From positions 1 through 64,000 of the forward strand of contig JBIPSI010000026.1 of assembly GCA_044070495.1 (NCBI GenBank): a stretch of 64,000 nt of DNA. The letters run 5' to 3'. The translations under genes were made by a program, and so were the position numbers. The stretch comes from Spirulina sp. GTDB taxonomy: Bacteria; Cyanobacteriota; Cyanobacteriia; Phormidesmidales; Phormidesmidaceae. Each line of letters begins with the position of its first letter. Position 1 is the first letter of the stretch. The notes beneath the pieces were generated by a model. That model made no database searches. It had not been told where the DNA came from and was given only the letters and a program-made list of their open reading frames with translations. Shown here one piece after another: positions 30,686 to 40,332 of the stretch.

Positions 30686-31720
30686 CTAGGCCAAGGGATC
30701 GGTGGGGTCAAGGGTAAGGGAAACCCCATTGAGAAGAAATTCCCCGCCAAGGCCATGGCCCGTGCCAGCGCAGGGCGGACAGGTAAAGGCCATGGGAGCC
30801 TGGGTTCTGGGGTGGGTAAAGGTGAGGTGATGGGCCTGGAGCCAGTAGCCGAGATCCCCTGGCACGGGGATCGCCTGTTCTGCCAAGGACGCTGGGATTT
30901 TGGGTAGGCCACCGATGCCGTAGAGGGGATCACCCAGCAGGGGATAGCCCACCGCCGCCAGGTGAATGCGGATTTGGTGGGGTCGTCCGGTGCGAATGGT
31001 GACCTCTACCAGGTTAGCCACCGGGGATCGCTGGAGGACGCGGCCCTGGCTGAGGGCAAAACGCCCCTGGGAGCTGGCGGCATAGACCTGGCCCAGCAGA
31101 GGATGATCCACGGGGCCGATGGGGGTCGTTATGGTGAAGGCGTCGGGCAGATCCCCCGGTGCGGCCAGGGCGCGATAGGTTTTGACGATGTGGTGGGGCG
31201 CTTGGGGATCCTGGGCGGTGGCGGTGTCTTGCCGCAGTTGGTGGCTCAGCACGGATCGCGCTAGGGGCGACCGGGCTAGCAGCATTAACCCAGAGGTGCC
31301 CCGCCCCAGGCGATGGATGGGAGTCGGCGTCTGGTGGGGATAGCGCACCTGCAACTGATGGAGCAGGGTGTGGGTCAGAAAATTTCCTCCCGGTAGCACG
31401 GGCAGGCCGCTGGGTTTGACAATTACCAGCAGGTCGGCATCTTCGTAGATCACGTCAAAACTGAGGGGCACCGGGGGTTCGGCCCAGGGCGGACGGTGAT
31501 ACTCCAAGCGATCCCCTGCTGCCAAAACTAGGTTGGACTGAAGTACCTCCCCATTGCGATGAATCTGTCCTAATTCCAACCGCTCGGCCCACTCCTCCAA
31601 GCTGGAATGGCGGTAGCGTTCGCCATAGTAGACCAGCACCGAAACCCCAGCCTGAGCCGCCGCAATCCGGTCTTGGTAGACCCAACCTTGGTTAAAATTA
31701 GCGTCGCTAACGTCGGTCAT
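30686..31720 (-). CDS. RluA family pseudouridine synthase
   Basis: KPSGLPV, HRLGRGTSG, TGRPHQIRIH, GDPLYG. Confidence 0.9.
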   Translation of the reverse strand: MTDVSDANFNQGWVYQDRIAAAQAGVSVLVYYGERYRHSSLEEWAERLELGQIHRNGEVLQSNLVLAAGDRLEYHRPPWAEPPVPLSFDVIYEDADLLVIVKPSGLPVLPGGNFLTHTLLHQLQVRYPHQTPTPIHRLGRGTSGLMLLARSPLARSVLSHQLRQDTATAQDPQAPHHIVKTYRALAAPGDLPDAFTITTPIGPVDHPLLGQVYAASSQGRFALSQGRVLQRSPVANLVEVTIRTGRPHQIRIHLAAVGYPLLGDPLYGIGGLPKIPASLAEQAIPVPGDLGYWLQAHHLTFTHPRTQAPMAFTCPPCAGTGHGLGGEFLLNGVSLTLDPTDPLA

Positions 31721-32427
31721 CCCAGCCGTTTTACCCGTTCCTTGGCCTCTTGACGCTGCTGGCGGGCCATGCGGAAGAGTTCTTGCCCGGTGTGCAGGTA
31801 GGAGGGTTCGTAACTGTAGGTGAAGCGCTCAATTTCCTCTAGGCCGTCTTCCAGTTGGCCGAGGCAGTGGTAAATATCGGCGGCTACTCCGGCGGTGCTG
31901 GCGGGGTTGGCCATGGATTGAAACTTGGTTTTGGCCTGGTCTAGCCAGGTGCCGCACTGCTCTAGGTAGGCTTGGAACGCTTCCATCAGCTCGTCGTCGA
32001 AGGGGTCGGCGGAAAGCTTGCGGACTTCGGTTTTGAGGGGAGACAGAATCTTGCCAATCAGCCGATCCACCGGGCCGTAGACCAGTTTCAACCAGGCATC
32101 TTCCTGGGCCTCGGAGGACTGGCTGGCCTGCCGATGACGTTTGTAGGCGGCCTGCATATCGGCAGTGCGTTGGGTGCGCTGCTGGGCAGTTTCCTCGCGG
32201 CTGGCCCCCGATAGCCCCTGGCGTTCGCGGTCGTACCGCACCCGACGGGCGGGGTCGCCAATCACCTCGTAGGCGCTGTTGATGCGGGCAATGTGGTCGT
32301 GGGAGGCCGTATCGGTTTGGCTGTCGGGATGGAACTGCTTGGCCAAACGACGATAGGCCCGTTTGATTTCCGCCTGGGTCGCCGCTTCGTGAACTTCGAG
32401 GATTTGGTAGTGGGTTTGCTGTGCCAT
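31717..32427 (-). CDS. J-domain protein (class C)
   Basis: N-terminal J domain with HPD; 4-bp overlap with the RluA-like gene. Confidence 0.9.
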   Translation of the reverse strand: MAQQTHYQILEVHEAATQAEIKRAYRRLAKQFHPDSQTDTASHDHIARINSAYEVIGDPARRVRYDRERQGLSGASREETAQQRTQRTADMQAAYKRHRQASQSSEAQEDAWLKLVYGPVDRLIGKILSPLKTEVRKLSADPFDDELMEAFQAYLEQCGTWLDQAKTKFQSMANPASTAGVAADIYHCLGQLEDGLEEIERFTYSYEPSYLHTGQELFRMARQQRQEAKERVKRLG

Positions 32428-32541
32428 AGGGCCATTGTAAAAGAGGCTCTGGGAGAAGAAAAGGACAGGGCTTTAGGTGGGGTTGTCCGAAATCAGCTCC
32501 CTTAGCGATGATGATTAGACTAGCCCTTTACCCTGAAAGCC

Positions 32542-33144
32542 ATGACCCGCCTGCCCCTGCCCCTGCGCCCCCTGATGGCTGCGACCCTAGCCCTGTCCCT
32601 GGCCACCGCCTGCACCCCCGCCTCCAACTCCAATCAGCCCACTGCCCCCGAATCCGGTGCTGAACAGGGGGTTGATCCTGACCAAGCCATGGCCCTCGCC
32701 CTAACGGGGGAAGGTTTGTTTTTGGTGGAAGTGGAAACCGGATCCACCACCCTGCTGCCCTTTGGCATGGAAATGGCCACCGTCCAATCTGCTGTGGCCG
32801 ACCTGTTGGGCAATCCAGAGACCGTGAGCGCCAATGAGGAATGTCCTGGCGACCCCTTTGTCAGTGCCCTATGGGCCGATGGCCTGGTGCTGAATGCCGA
32901 CGGAGAAGCGTTTGTGGGCTGGTCGGTGCGGCCTGAGATGGGTAGCGATCAATTCACCACCCTGGCGGGGGTGGGCGTAGGATCGAGTCGCCAAGATTTG
33001 GAGGCGGTCTATACCGTTGAGGTGTTTGAGAGCACCCTCGGCACCGAATTCATCGCCGGAGAACTGGCGGGTCTTTTGTCTGATCCCGCTGCCGACGCTG
33101 AAATCACCAACTTCTGGGCCGGGACGGTGTGTGTTTTCCGGTAG
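32542..33144 (+). CDS. Putative lipoprotein
   Basis: Lipobox-like LATAC, acidic body. Confidence 0.75.
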   Translation: MTRLPLPLRPLMAATLALSLATACTPASNSNQPTAPESGAEQGVDPDQAMALALTGEGLFLVEVETGSTTLLPFGMEMATVQSAVADLLGNPETVSANEECPGDPFVSALWADGLVLNADGEAFVGWSVRPEMGSDQFTTLAGVGVGSSRQDLEAVYTVEVFESTLGTEFIAGELAGLLSDPAADAEITNFWAGTVCVFR

Positions 33145-33178
33145 GACGCTCCCCCCAGTCAACACCCCGGAAAATACC

Positions 33179-33817
33179 CTAGCGAATGGCCCCAAGGGTG
33201 TTTTTCCAGCTCAGTTCTTTGCCTAGGATGCGTAGGGCCTTTTGCTCGTCGTCGCTGAAGAGATGGCTGTCTACTAAGTCGGCCAAAACCTGCTGGGCCA
33301 GTTGGGAGGCAAACAGCCCCCCGGATCGTAGCAAGTGGCTGTAGTAGCTGAATTGCGATTGGCCCTCGGCGCTGCGGTGAAACTGGTAAATTTCGGTGTC
33401 AGTCATTTTGTAAACGGCGGTGTTAGCGGGCACCACCACGCGGGGAATACCGTGGAAGCCGTAGCGCCCTTGATCGCCCTCCACAAAGTTGCCGACCAAG
33501 ACGGTACCCAGCAGAGTGCGGGTTTCCTGCACTAGGTCGGGGGTAAACAGCGGGTCGGGTTCGCTGGAGAGTCGGGGGCCATTGTTGAGAAACAGCGGGT
33601 TAAACAGTTGGGAGTTGTAGACCAGGCCCACAGCCCAGTGGCGGCTGTCGTTGTCGAAGCTAACAAATTGGCCAAAGCCGCAGTCTTCTGGACAGGGTGG
33701 GCTGACCACATCCTGGGCATCGTCTACCTGCACCACATAGTCGCAGTGGGAGTTGGACTTCACGACTTTGCCAATGCGGCAACGACTCACCTGGGAAAAA
33801 AGATCCATAGGCTCCAA
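33179..33817 (-). CDS. HAS-barrel-like protein
   Basis: IGKVVKSNSHCDYVVQV and FGQFV...AVGLVYN resemble HAS-barrel proteins (recalled). Confidence 0.65.
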   Translation of the reverse strand: MEPMDLFSQVSRCRIGKVVKSNSHCDYVVQVDDAQDVVSPPCPEDCGFGQFVSFDNDSRHWAVGLVYNSQLFNPLFLNNGPRLSSEPDPLFTPDLVQETRTLLGTVLVGNFVEGDQGRYGFHGIPRVVVPANTAVYKMTDTEIYQFHRSAEGQSQFSYYSHLLRSGGLFASQLAQQVLADLVDSHLFSDDEQKALRILGKELSWKNTLGAIR

Positions 33818-34072
33818 CCATTGGGACGGGGTTGGTCACCATTCTAGGAGAAATAGGGCCTTCCCCTGCCCTCGGAGTCGGGGAAGGCTGGCCTCGCAGA
33901 CGGGATGGGCCTATCCGTATCTTCACGGATTTTTCGCCCCTCAGAGCAAACTGACCATCCCCGGTAGGAAAATAGAAAATAGTTTTGTTTTGTAATCCCT
34001 CCATCCCCCAGCGGGAGGAGATGGTCATACTAACGGAGGGAGCTTTGGCTTCCCCGGACTGTCCCCTATGCT

Positions 34073-36928
34073 ATGTCCATGAATTCCACCCTGCCAAAGC
34101 TGTCTCCAGAGGCAATTCTCGACCTTGTGGCTGAGATGACCCTTCAAAGCCAGCGGGGCATGGCGGCGTCAGAAATTATACAGCGTGCAGCCACCCAGAC
34201 GAGGGAAAGCCTCCAGGCGGATCGCGTCTTAATCTATCGGTTTTCGGCCCAGGCCGAGTCCACATCCACCGTTGTCTTTGAAGCCGCTACCCCAGCCATC
34301 CCCTCCCTACTGGGGCAGCGGGTGATGGATCCCCTGGCGGGATCCGCGTGGCGACCCTACTATCAACGGCGACAGTCCGTGGCCCTAGCCGACCCAGACG
34401 GGGTGCTCTCTCCCGAAGACATCGCCCAGTGGCAGCGATTGCAGATTCGTTCCGCCCTCGCCGCCCCCCTTTTTTTGGGAAAAGATCTATGGGGGCTGTG
34501 GGTCGTACAGCACAGCCATCAACCCCACCCTTGGCACCCCCTAGAAATCCAGTTCCTAGAGCACGTCGCTCTCCATGGCGGGAATTGGGTATCTCAGTTA
34601 GACAGCACCGCCGCCCCCGCTAGGCCATCCGACCGTGGGCCGCAAGCCCTAGAAACCGCTGAGGCCACACAACGGGTCGAAAGCCGCTGGCAGTCTGCCC
34701 TAGAGGGGGCTGGGGCTGGGGTGTGGGACTGGAATATGCACACCAACCAGGTCTTCTATTCACGCCAGTGGAAGGCCCATCTGGGCTACACCGAGGCCGA
34801 GGTGGGAACAGATTTTACCGAGTGGGACAGCCGCGTGCATCCCGAGGATAAGGCCCGCACCTATGCGGCCCTAGAGGATCACATCCAGGGCCACACCGAG
34901 CACTACCAAAGCGAGCACCGCCTCCGCTGCAAAGACGGCAGCTATAAATGGATGCTGGATCGGGGCCAGGTGATTGAACGCACCCCAGAGGGCCAGCCCC
35001 AACGCATGATTGGCATTAACCACGACATCACCGACCACAAGCGCATTGAATCGGCCCTGCGCCAAAGCGAAGAAGCCCTGCGGGAAAGCCGCAACAAATA
35101 CCAAACCCTCTTTGAAACGCTACCCCTCGGCATTGCCATCACCGATGCCCAGGGCCAATTGTTGGAAGCTAACCCAGCCTCCGAACAGTTGCTAGGACTT
35201 AGCATTAGCGAACAAACCACCCGCACCTACGATGCCCCCGATTGGCAGATCATCCGCCCCGACGGTAGCCCCATGCCCGCCTCGGAGTACGCCAGCGTAC
35301 GCGCCCTGAAGGAAAACTGCTTTATCAACGATGTGGAAATGGGCATTGTGCGGCCCGATGGCAACGTCACTTGGATCAGCGTCAGCGCCGCCCCTATTCC
35401 CCTGGAACAGTATGGGGTGGCCATTGGCTACGTGGATATCACGATCCGCAAACAATTGGAGCAGTCCCTGGCCCACGATATTCAGGAACGGCTGCATACC
35501 GAAGCCCAGTTGCGTCTGCACAGTGCGGCCCTAGAAGCCTGTGCCGATGCCGTGGTAATTACCGATGTGCAGGGTCGGGTGGAATGGGCAAACCCCGCCT
35601 TTACCGCCATCACCCGATACACCTTGGCCGATGCGGTGGGCAAAAACCCACGGGAACTGGTGAAGTCGGGCCAGCATTCTGAGCATTTTTATCAGCAACT
35701 TTGGAAAACTATTTTGTCAGGCCAGTGCTGGCGAGGGGAAATGATTAACCGCCGTAAAGACGGCAGCCTTTACCATGAATCTTCCACCATCACCCCTGTG
35801 TTCAACACCGAGGGTAAAATCCAACATTTCATTGCCATAAAGCAGGACATTTCAGAACGAAAATTAATTGAATTGACCCTGCGGCAGCAATCTGAACGGG
35901 AGCGCATGATTCAGGTCATTACCCACCGCATTCGTCAAACCCTAGATTTGAATCAAATCTTGGAAACCACCGTAGATGAAGTTTGTCATTTTTTGGATGT
36001 AGATCGAGTCATTATTTATCGTTTTAATTCTGATAAACGCCGTATCGTCATTGCAGAGTCTGTCGCCCATCCCTGGCCCTCTGCCCTTGGCTTTGAAATG
36101 CCAGAGGCCTACTTCTTTGAGCTAGAAAATAGCCTGCTCTACCAGGGCTATATTGAGGCTATTGATGACGTGAATAAGGCGACCCTTCAGCCCTGTCATC
36201 ACCAAGTGTTAACCGACCTTCAGGTGCAGGCTAAACTCATGGTTCCCCTCTGGCAAGGGGAGGCAATTTGGGGCATGATGGTGGCCCATCAGTGTCGATC
36301 TCCACGGGTGTGGCAACCCCTAGATCGAGGCTGTTTAATGCAGCTTTCGGTGCAGGTGGAAATCGCTATTCATCAGTCGGAGCTGTATCACCAACTGGAG
36401 CAGGCCAACCAAGAACTCGAACAGCTCGCAACCCAGGATGGTCTTACCCAAATTGCTAATCGCCGCACCTTTAATCGAGTGCTAGAGCGGGAATGGGAAC
36501 GGATGCAGCGGGATCAAAAACCCCTTTCGCTACTGTTGATTGATGTGGATCATTTCAAGCACTACAACGACCACTATGGCCACCAGGCAGGTGATCACTG
36601 CCTCTACCAAGTCGCCCAAGTTTTAAAGCAATCGGCCCAGCGTCCGGCGGATTTGGTGGCCCGCTATGGTGGCGAAGAATTTGCTGTTTTGCTACCCCAA
36701 ACCGATACCAGAGGCGCTATTGAAGTAGCCCAGACCATCCAACGCCTCCTTCACGACCTAGCTGTTGAGCATCGCTATTCCCCCATCAGCCTCCAAGTGA
36801 CCGTCAGCATAGGGCTGGGCACCATCATTCCCAGTTCCACCGCATCTATGGATGAGTGGGTTTACCACACCGACCAAGCCCTCTATGCCGCCAAGGCCCA
36901 AGGTCGCAACAGCTATGTTCAGGCTTAG
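34073..36928 (+). CDS. GAF-PAS-PAS-PAS-GAF-GGDEF diguanylate cyclase
   Basis: DRVLIYRF and DRVIIYRF GAFs, VHPED PAS, RPAD I-site, YGGEEF. Confidence 0.93.
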   Translation: MSMNSTLPKLSPEAILDLVAEMTLQSQRGMAASEIIQRAATQTRESLQADRVLIYRFSAQAESTSTVVFEAATPAIPSLLGQRVMDPLAGSAWRPYYQRRQSVALADPDGVLSPEDIAQWQRLQIRSALAAPLFLGKDLWGLWVVQHSHQPHPWHPLEIQFLEHVALHGGNWVSQLDSTAAPARPSDRGPQALETAEATQRVESRWQSALEGAGAGVWDWNMHTNQVFYSRQWKAHLGYTEAEVGTDFTEWDSRVHPEDKARTYAALEDHIQGHTEHYQSEHRLRCKDGSYKWMLDRGQVIERTPEGQPQRMIGINHDITDHKRIESALRQSEEALRESRNKYQTLFETLPLGIAITDAQGQLLEANPASEQLLGLSISEQTTRTYDAPDWQIIRPDGSPMPASEYASVRALKENCFINDVEMGIVRPDGNVTWISVSAAPIPLEQYGVAIGYVDITIRKQLEQSLAHDIQERLHTEAQLRLHSAALEACADAVVITDVQGRVEWANPAFTAITRYTLADAVGKNPRELVKSGQHSEHFYQQLWKTILSGQCWRGEMINRRKDGSLYHESSTITPVFNTEGKIQHFIAIKQDISERKLIELTLRQQSERERMIQVITHRIRQTLDLNQILETTVDEVCHFLDVDRVIIYRFNSDKRRIVIAESVAHPWPSALGFEMPEAYFFELENSLLYQGYIEAIDDVNKATLQPCHHQVLTDLQVQAKLMVPLWQGEAIWGMMVAHQCRSPRVWQPLDRGCLMQLSVQVEIAIHQSELYHQLEQANQELEQLATQDGLTQIANRRTFNRVLEREWERMQRDQKPLSLLLIDVDHFKHYNDHYGHQAGDHCLYQVAQVLKQSAQRPADLVARYGGEEFAVLLPQTDTRGAIEVAQTIQRLLHDLAVEHRYSPISLQVTVSIGLGTIIPSSTASMDEWVYHTDQALYAAKAQGRNSYVQA

Positions 36929-37151
36929 ACGACCATCGCCCTGCCACCCTCCGACACCTAGCCCATCGTGCGCGGCCCAGCCTGTTTAGATGACCTAGGG
37001 CAGATCCGCTGATCGGGCCAATTTAGCGGTAACGATTCTTCTCAAGGCAACCAATCGCGACGATTCCAGCATCCGCCATGGATCGCGATAATTCTTCAAC
37101 GGCCTGCTGAATAGGGATTCCAACCCTTACGGCCTTGGCGCTCAGACTAGC

Positions 37152-37233
37152 TTGACACAAAACTTAATATTTTTCTATTGAGAATCATTCCGATTTGTGG
37201 TGAGATGGGCTTGTTGAATTTAGTTCTCAATAA
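37152..37233 (+). promoter_or_regulatory. isiA promoter with Fur-box-like sites
   Basis: TTGACA at 37152; ATTGAGAATCATTCCGAT (37177-37194) and TTGAATTTAGTTCTCAAT (37214-37231); isiAB is Fur-repressed in cyanobacteria. Confidence 0.65.
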
Positions 37234-37276
37234 GCCCTGGCTAAACTGAGGGCCGTTGCCATAGGATGTCTTCATC

Positions 37277-38302
37277 ATGCAAACCTACGGAAATACTGAC
37301 GTTACCTACGACTGGTGGGCCGGAAACGCCCGCTTTGCAAACCTTTCGGGCCTATTCATTGCGGCCCATGTCGCCCAAGCTGCCCTAATTGCCCTCTGGG
37401 CCGGGGCCTTCACCCTGTACGAACTCTCTTGGTTTGATCCGGCCCTACCCCTGGGCGAACAGGGGTTAATCCTGCTGCCTCACCTGGCCACCTTGGGTCT
37501 GGGAATTGGCGATGGTGGCCTGATTGTGGATACCGAACCCTACTTTGTGGTGGGGGTGGTGCACCTGATTTCCTCGGCAGTGCTGGGGGCGGGGGCGTTG
37601 TTCCACACCGTTAAAGCCCCCGCCGACCTCAAGCAAGCCGAGGGCTGGGCGCGGCGCTTCCATTTCGAGTGGGAAAACCCAGCCCAATTAGGAATGATTC
37701 TCGGTCATCACCTGTTGTTTTTGGGGGCAGGGGCGCTGCTTCTCGTCGCCAAAGCCACCACCTGGGGCGGGTTGTACGATGCCACTCAGCAAACCGTGCG
37801 CCTAGTGCAGCCCACCCTCGATCCCTGGGTGATCTACGGCTACCAAACCCACTTTGCCAGCATTAGCAGCCTGGAGGATTTGGTCGGTGGACACCTCTAT
37901 GTGGGCGTTCTGCTGCTGGCTGGGGGCCTCTGGCACATTCTGGTGCCGCCGATGAAGTGGGCCAAAAACCTGCTGATGTTCTCCGGCGAGGCGATTTTGT
38001 CCTATTCCCTAGGGGGCATTGCCCTGGCGGGTTTCGTAGCCGCCTACTTCTGTGCCGTTAACACCTTGGCCTACCCCGTGGAATTTTACGGCCCGCCGCT
38101 GACGGTCAAACTCGGCATCATGCCCTACTTTGCTGACACCGTGGTTCTGCCGCTAAATGCCCACACCTCCCGCTGTTGGCTGGCCAATGCCCACTTCATC
38201 CTGGCCTTCCTGTTTTTGCAAGGGCACCTGTGGCACGCCCTGCGAGCTATTGGATTCGACTTCCGGCGCGTTGAACAAGCCCTGAGCGCCATCGAATCCT
38301 AA
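37277..38302 (+). CDS. isiA: Iron-stress chlorophyll-binding protein IsiA (CP43')
   Basis: MQTYGN...[22 protein letters not shown]; 341 aa, lacks the large CP43 loop. Confidence 0.93.
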   Translation: MQTYGNTDVTYDWWAGNARFANLSGLFIAAHVAQAALIALWAGAFTLYELSWFDPALPLGEQGLILLPHLATLGLGIGDGGLIVDTEPYFVVGVVHLISSAVLGAGALFHTVKAPADLKQAEGWARRFHFEWENPAQLGMILGHHLLFLGAGALLLVAKATTWGGLYDATQQTVRLVQPTLDPWVIYGYQTHFASISSLEDLVGGHLYVGVLLLAGGLWHILVPPMKWAKNLLMFSGEAILSYSLGGIALAGFVAAYFCAVNTLAYPVEFYGPPLTVKLGIMPYFADTVVLPLNAHTSRCWLANAHFILAFLFLQGHLWHALRAIGFDFRRVEQALSAIES

Positions 38303-38420
38303 TCCCGTTGGATCCGTTCTCCTCTCTCTCTCTTTGGGGGGCATTTATAGGCTCCAACATCCTGCCCCCCTTTTCTCTTCCTTTGATGTTTTAGATACAG
38401 TCATTCAGGTCGTCAAACTA

Positions 38421-38933
38421 ATGAGTAAAATTGGTCTTTTCTACGGCACCCAAACCGGAAACACCGAAACCCTAGCCCAGGCCATCCAAGCCGAATTTGG
38501 TGGCGATAGCGTTGTCACACTCCACGACATTGCCAACGCCAGTACCGATGATTTTGCGGACTATAGCTGCTTAATTGTGGGCTGTCCTACTTGGAATATC
38601 GGCGAACTCCAGGCCGACTGGGAAGGCTTTTATGACGAGCTAGACGAGATTGACTTTAGCGATAAAAACGTGGCCTACTTCGGTGCTGGCGATCAAATTG
38701 GCTATGCCGATAACTTCCAAGATGCTATGGGTATTCTGGCCGAAAAAATTAGCTCTCTCGGCGGCACCACCGTCGGACAATGGCCCACAGACGGCTACGA
38801 CTTTAACGAATCCAAAGCCGTGAAAAATGGTAAATTTGTTGGCCTTGCCCTAGACGAAGACAATCAGCCCGAACTCACCAAAACCCGAATTTCTACCTGG
38901 GTAGCCCAAGTCAAAACCGCCTTTGGTATCTAG
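38421..38933 (+). CDS. isiB: Long-chain flavodoxin
   Basis: GTQTGNTE, PTWNIGELQADW, GLALDEDNQ; start at ATG 38421. Confidence 0.95.
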   Translation: MSKIGLFYGTQTGNTETLAQAIQAEFGGDSVVTLHDIANASTDDFADYSCLIVGCPTWNIGELQADWEGFYDELDEIDFSDKNVAYFGAGDQIGYADNFQDAMGILAEKISSLGGTTVGQWPTDGYDFNESKAVKNGKFVGLALDEDNQPELTKTRISTWVAQVKTAFGI

Positions 38934-38971
38934 TTATCAACCCATTAGGAATTGGGGATATCCAATACACA

Positions 38972-39144
38972 ATTGGAGATACATAATATAGCGGATTTCA
39001 CTTGGATAAAGTCCATGGAGATGATCCCCCCTGCCCCCCTTACTAAGGGGGGTGCAGAGTGAAATCTAGACCGCTAGGCCCTGGGGGGATCTAGAACCCA
39101 GCAACGGTATATCTCACGCTATCGAGAACCGCTACATCTCCAAT
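38972..39144. repeat. Nested inverted-repeat (MITE-like) element
   Basis: attggagat/atctccaat, tagcgg/ccgcta, gatcccccc/ggggggatc and CCCCCCTT-ACT-AAGGGGGG. Confidence 0.6.
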
Positions 39145-39150
39145 GTCTAC

Positions 39151-39208
39151 CCCATCAACCCATCAACCCGTCAACCCCATCAACCCGTAGGGGCAAGGTC
39201 TCCTCGCT
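39151..39208 (+). repeat. Four CCC(A/G)TCAA octamers running into a GTAG-family REP (39187..39208)
   Basis: cccatcaa cccatcaa cccgtcaa ccccatcaa ccc gtaggggcaaggtctcctcgct. Confidence 0.85.
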
Positions 39209-39337
39209 CTGCCACTCCCAACGCAGACTATCAATACCCTAGGGACGCAATCTTCTCACCTTTCCCATCCGATTCTATATGCCCTGATTGACCCGCTCTT
39301 TTTGACGACTTTCCTCCCTAACCCAAAGCCCATTCCT

Positions 39338-40096
39338 ATGCTCCAATCCACCCAGCCCGAAGCCCTTTGGCTCAACGTTAGCCCTAGTTTTCAGCGGTTT
39401 GATCAAGCGCTTTTAAAAGTGCTGGCCCGCCACATTGATATTTCCCACTGGGCCTATCGCCAAACCCCCGACGAACCCAGTTCCCTGGCCGTCGCCCTAG
39501 ATTTGCTGCACGATTTTATGGCAGACCAAACCAGCCCCCTGCACCTAATTGGCCACGGCACGAGCGGACTGGTGGGTTTGCTCTATGCCCGTCAATGCCC
39601 GGAGCGGGTGCGTTCCCTCACCCTGCTTTCCGTGGGCGTGAACCCCATGGTGGATTGGCAAGCCCATTACTATGCCCAACTCGAAGCCCTGCCCTGTTCC
39701 CGTCAGCGGGTGTTGGCGCAGATGGCTTATACCCTGTTTGGCCACCAGGCTCGCCCCTTGGTGAGCGGCTGGGTGCGATTGCTGGAGCAGGATTTGGCCC
39801 ATTCCCCCTCGCCCCATTCCCTTTGGAAGCGCCCCAGTTCCTTTCCTGGCCAGGTGCCCGTACCGATGATGGTGTGCGGCAGTGGGGATGATGCGGTGGT
39901 GGATCCGGCCCAAATTCAAGGCTGGCAACCCTGGCTAAAACCGGGGGATCGGCTATGGCAATGCCCCGGTGGGCGACACTTCTTTCATGCTTCCCATCCC
40001 GAAGCCGTGGCCCAGGAGGTACTGAAATTTTGGCAAGTTCCCACCGCCCTTCTACCCCAAGACATCTTTTGTCTCGCTAGTCTGCGCGATGCCTAG
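39338..40096 (+). CDS. Alpha/beta hydrolase fold protein (IsiC-like by position)
   Basis: LIGHGTSG elbow, GRHFFH; follows isiAB. Confidence 0.8.
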   Translation: MLQSTQPEALWLNVSPSFQRFDQALLKVLARHIDISHWAYRQTPDEPSSLAVALDLLHDFMADQTSPLHLIGHGTSGLVGLLYARQCPERVRSLTLLSVGVNPMVDWQAHYYAQLEALPCSRQRVLAQMAYTLFGHQARPLVSGWVRLLEQDLAHSPSPHSLWKRPSSFPGQVPVPMMVCGSGDDAVVDPAQIQGWQPWLKPGDRLWQCPGGRHFFHASHPEAVAQEVLKFWQVPTALLPQDIFCLASLRDA

Positions 40097-40121
40097 AACA
40101 AGTCATCATCCCCAAGCCTCC

Positions 40122-40186
40122 AGAACCCCGGTGTTTAGGCTTGATGACCAGGGATTTCAGGCCAGCGCAGTAGAAACCGGGGTTTT
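40122..40186. repeat. Degenerate copy of the double-palindrome element
   Basis: agaaccccggtgttt ... agaaaccggggtttt. Confidence 0.65.
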
Positions 40187-40332
40187 AGCCCATGGCACGC
40201 ACCCGCCCAATCTCGGAAACATTCATCAGGATGTAGCCGCAAACGAGCGAGATCCCCGTTACCAAGGCGAATCTGCTGATTCAATGGCACCATGGAAACA
40301 GCGTCATTGCCATGAAAAAAGGGACATAACGA

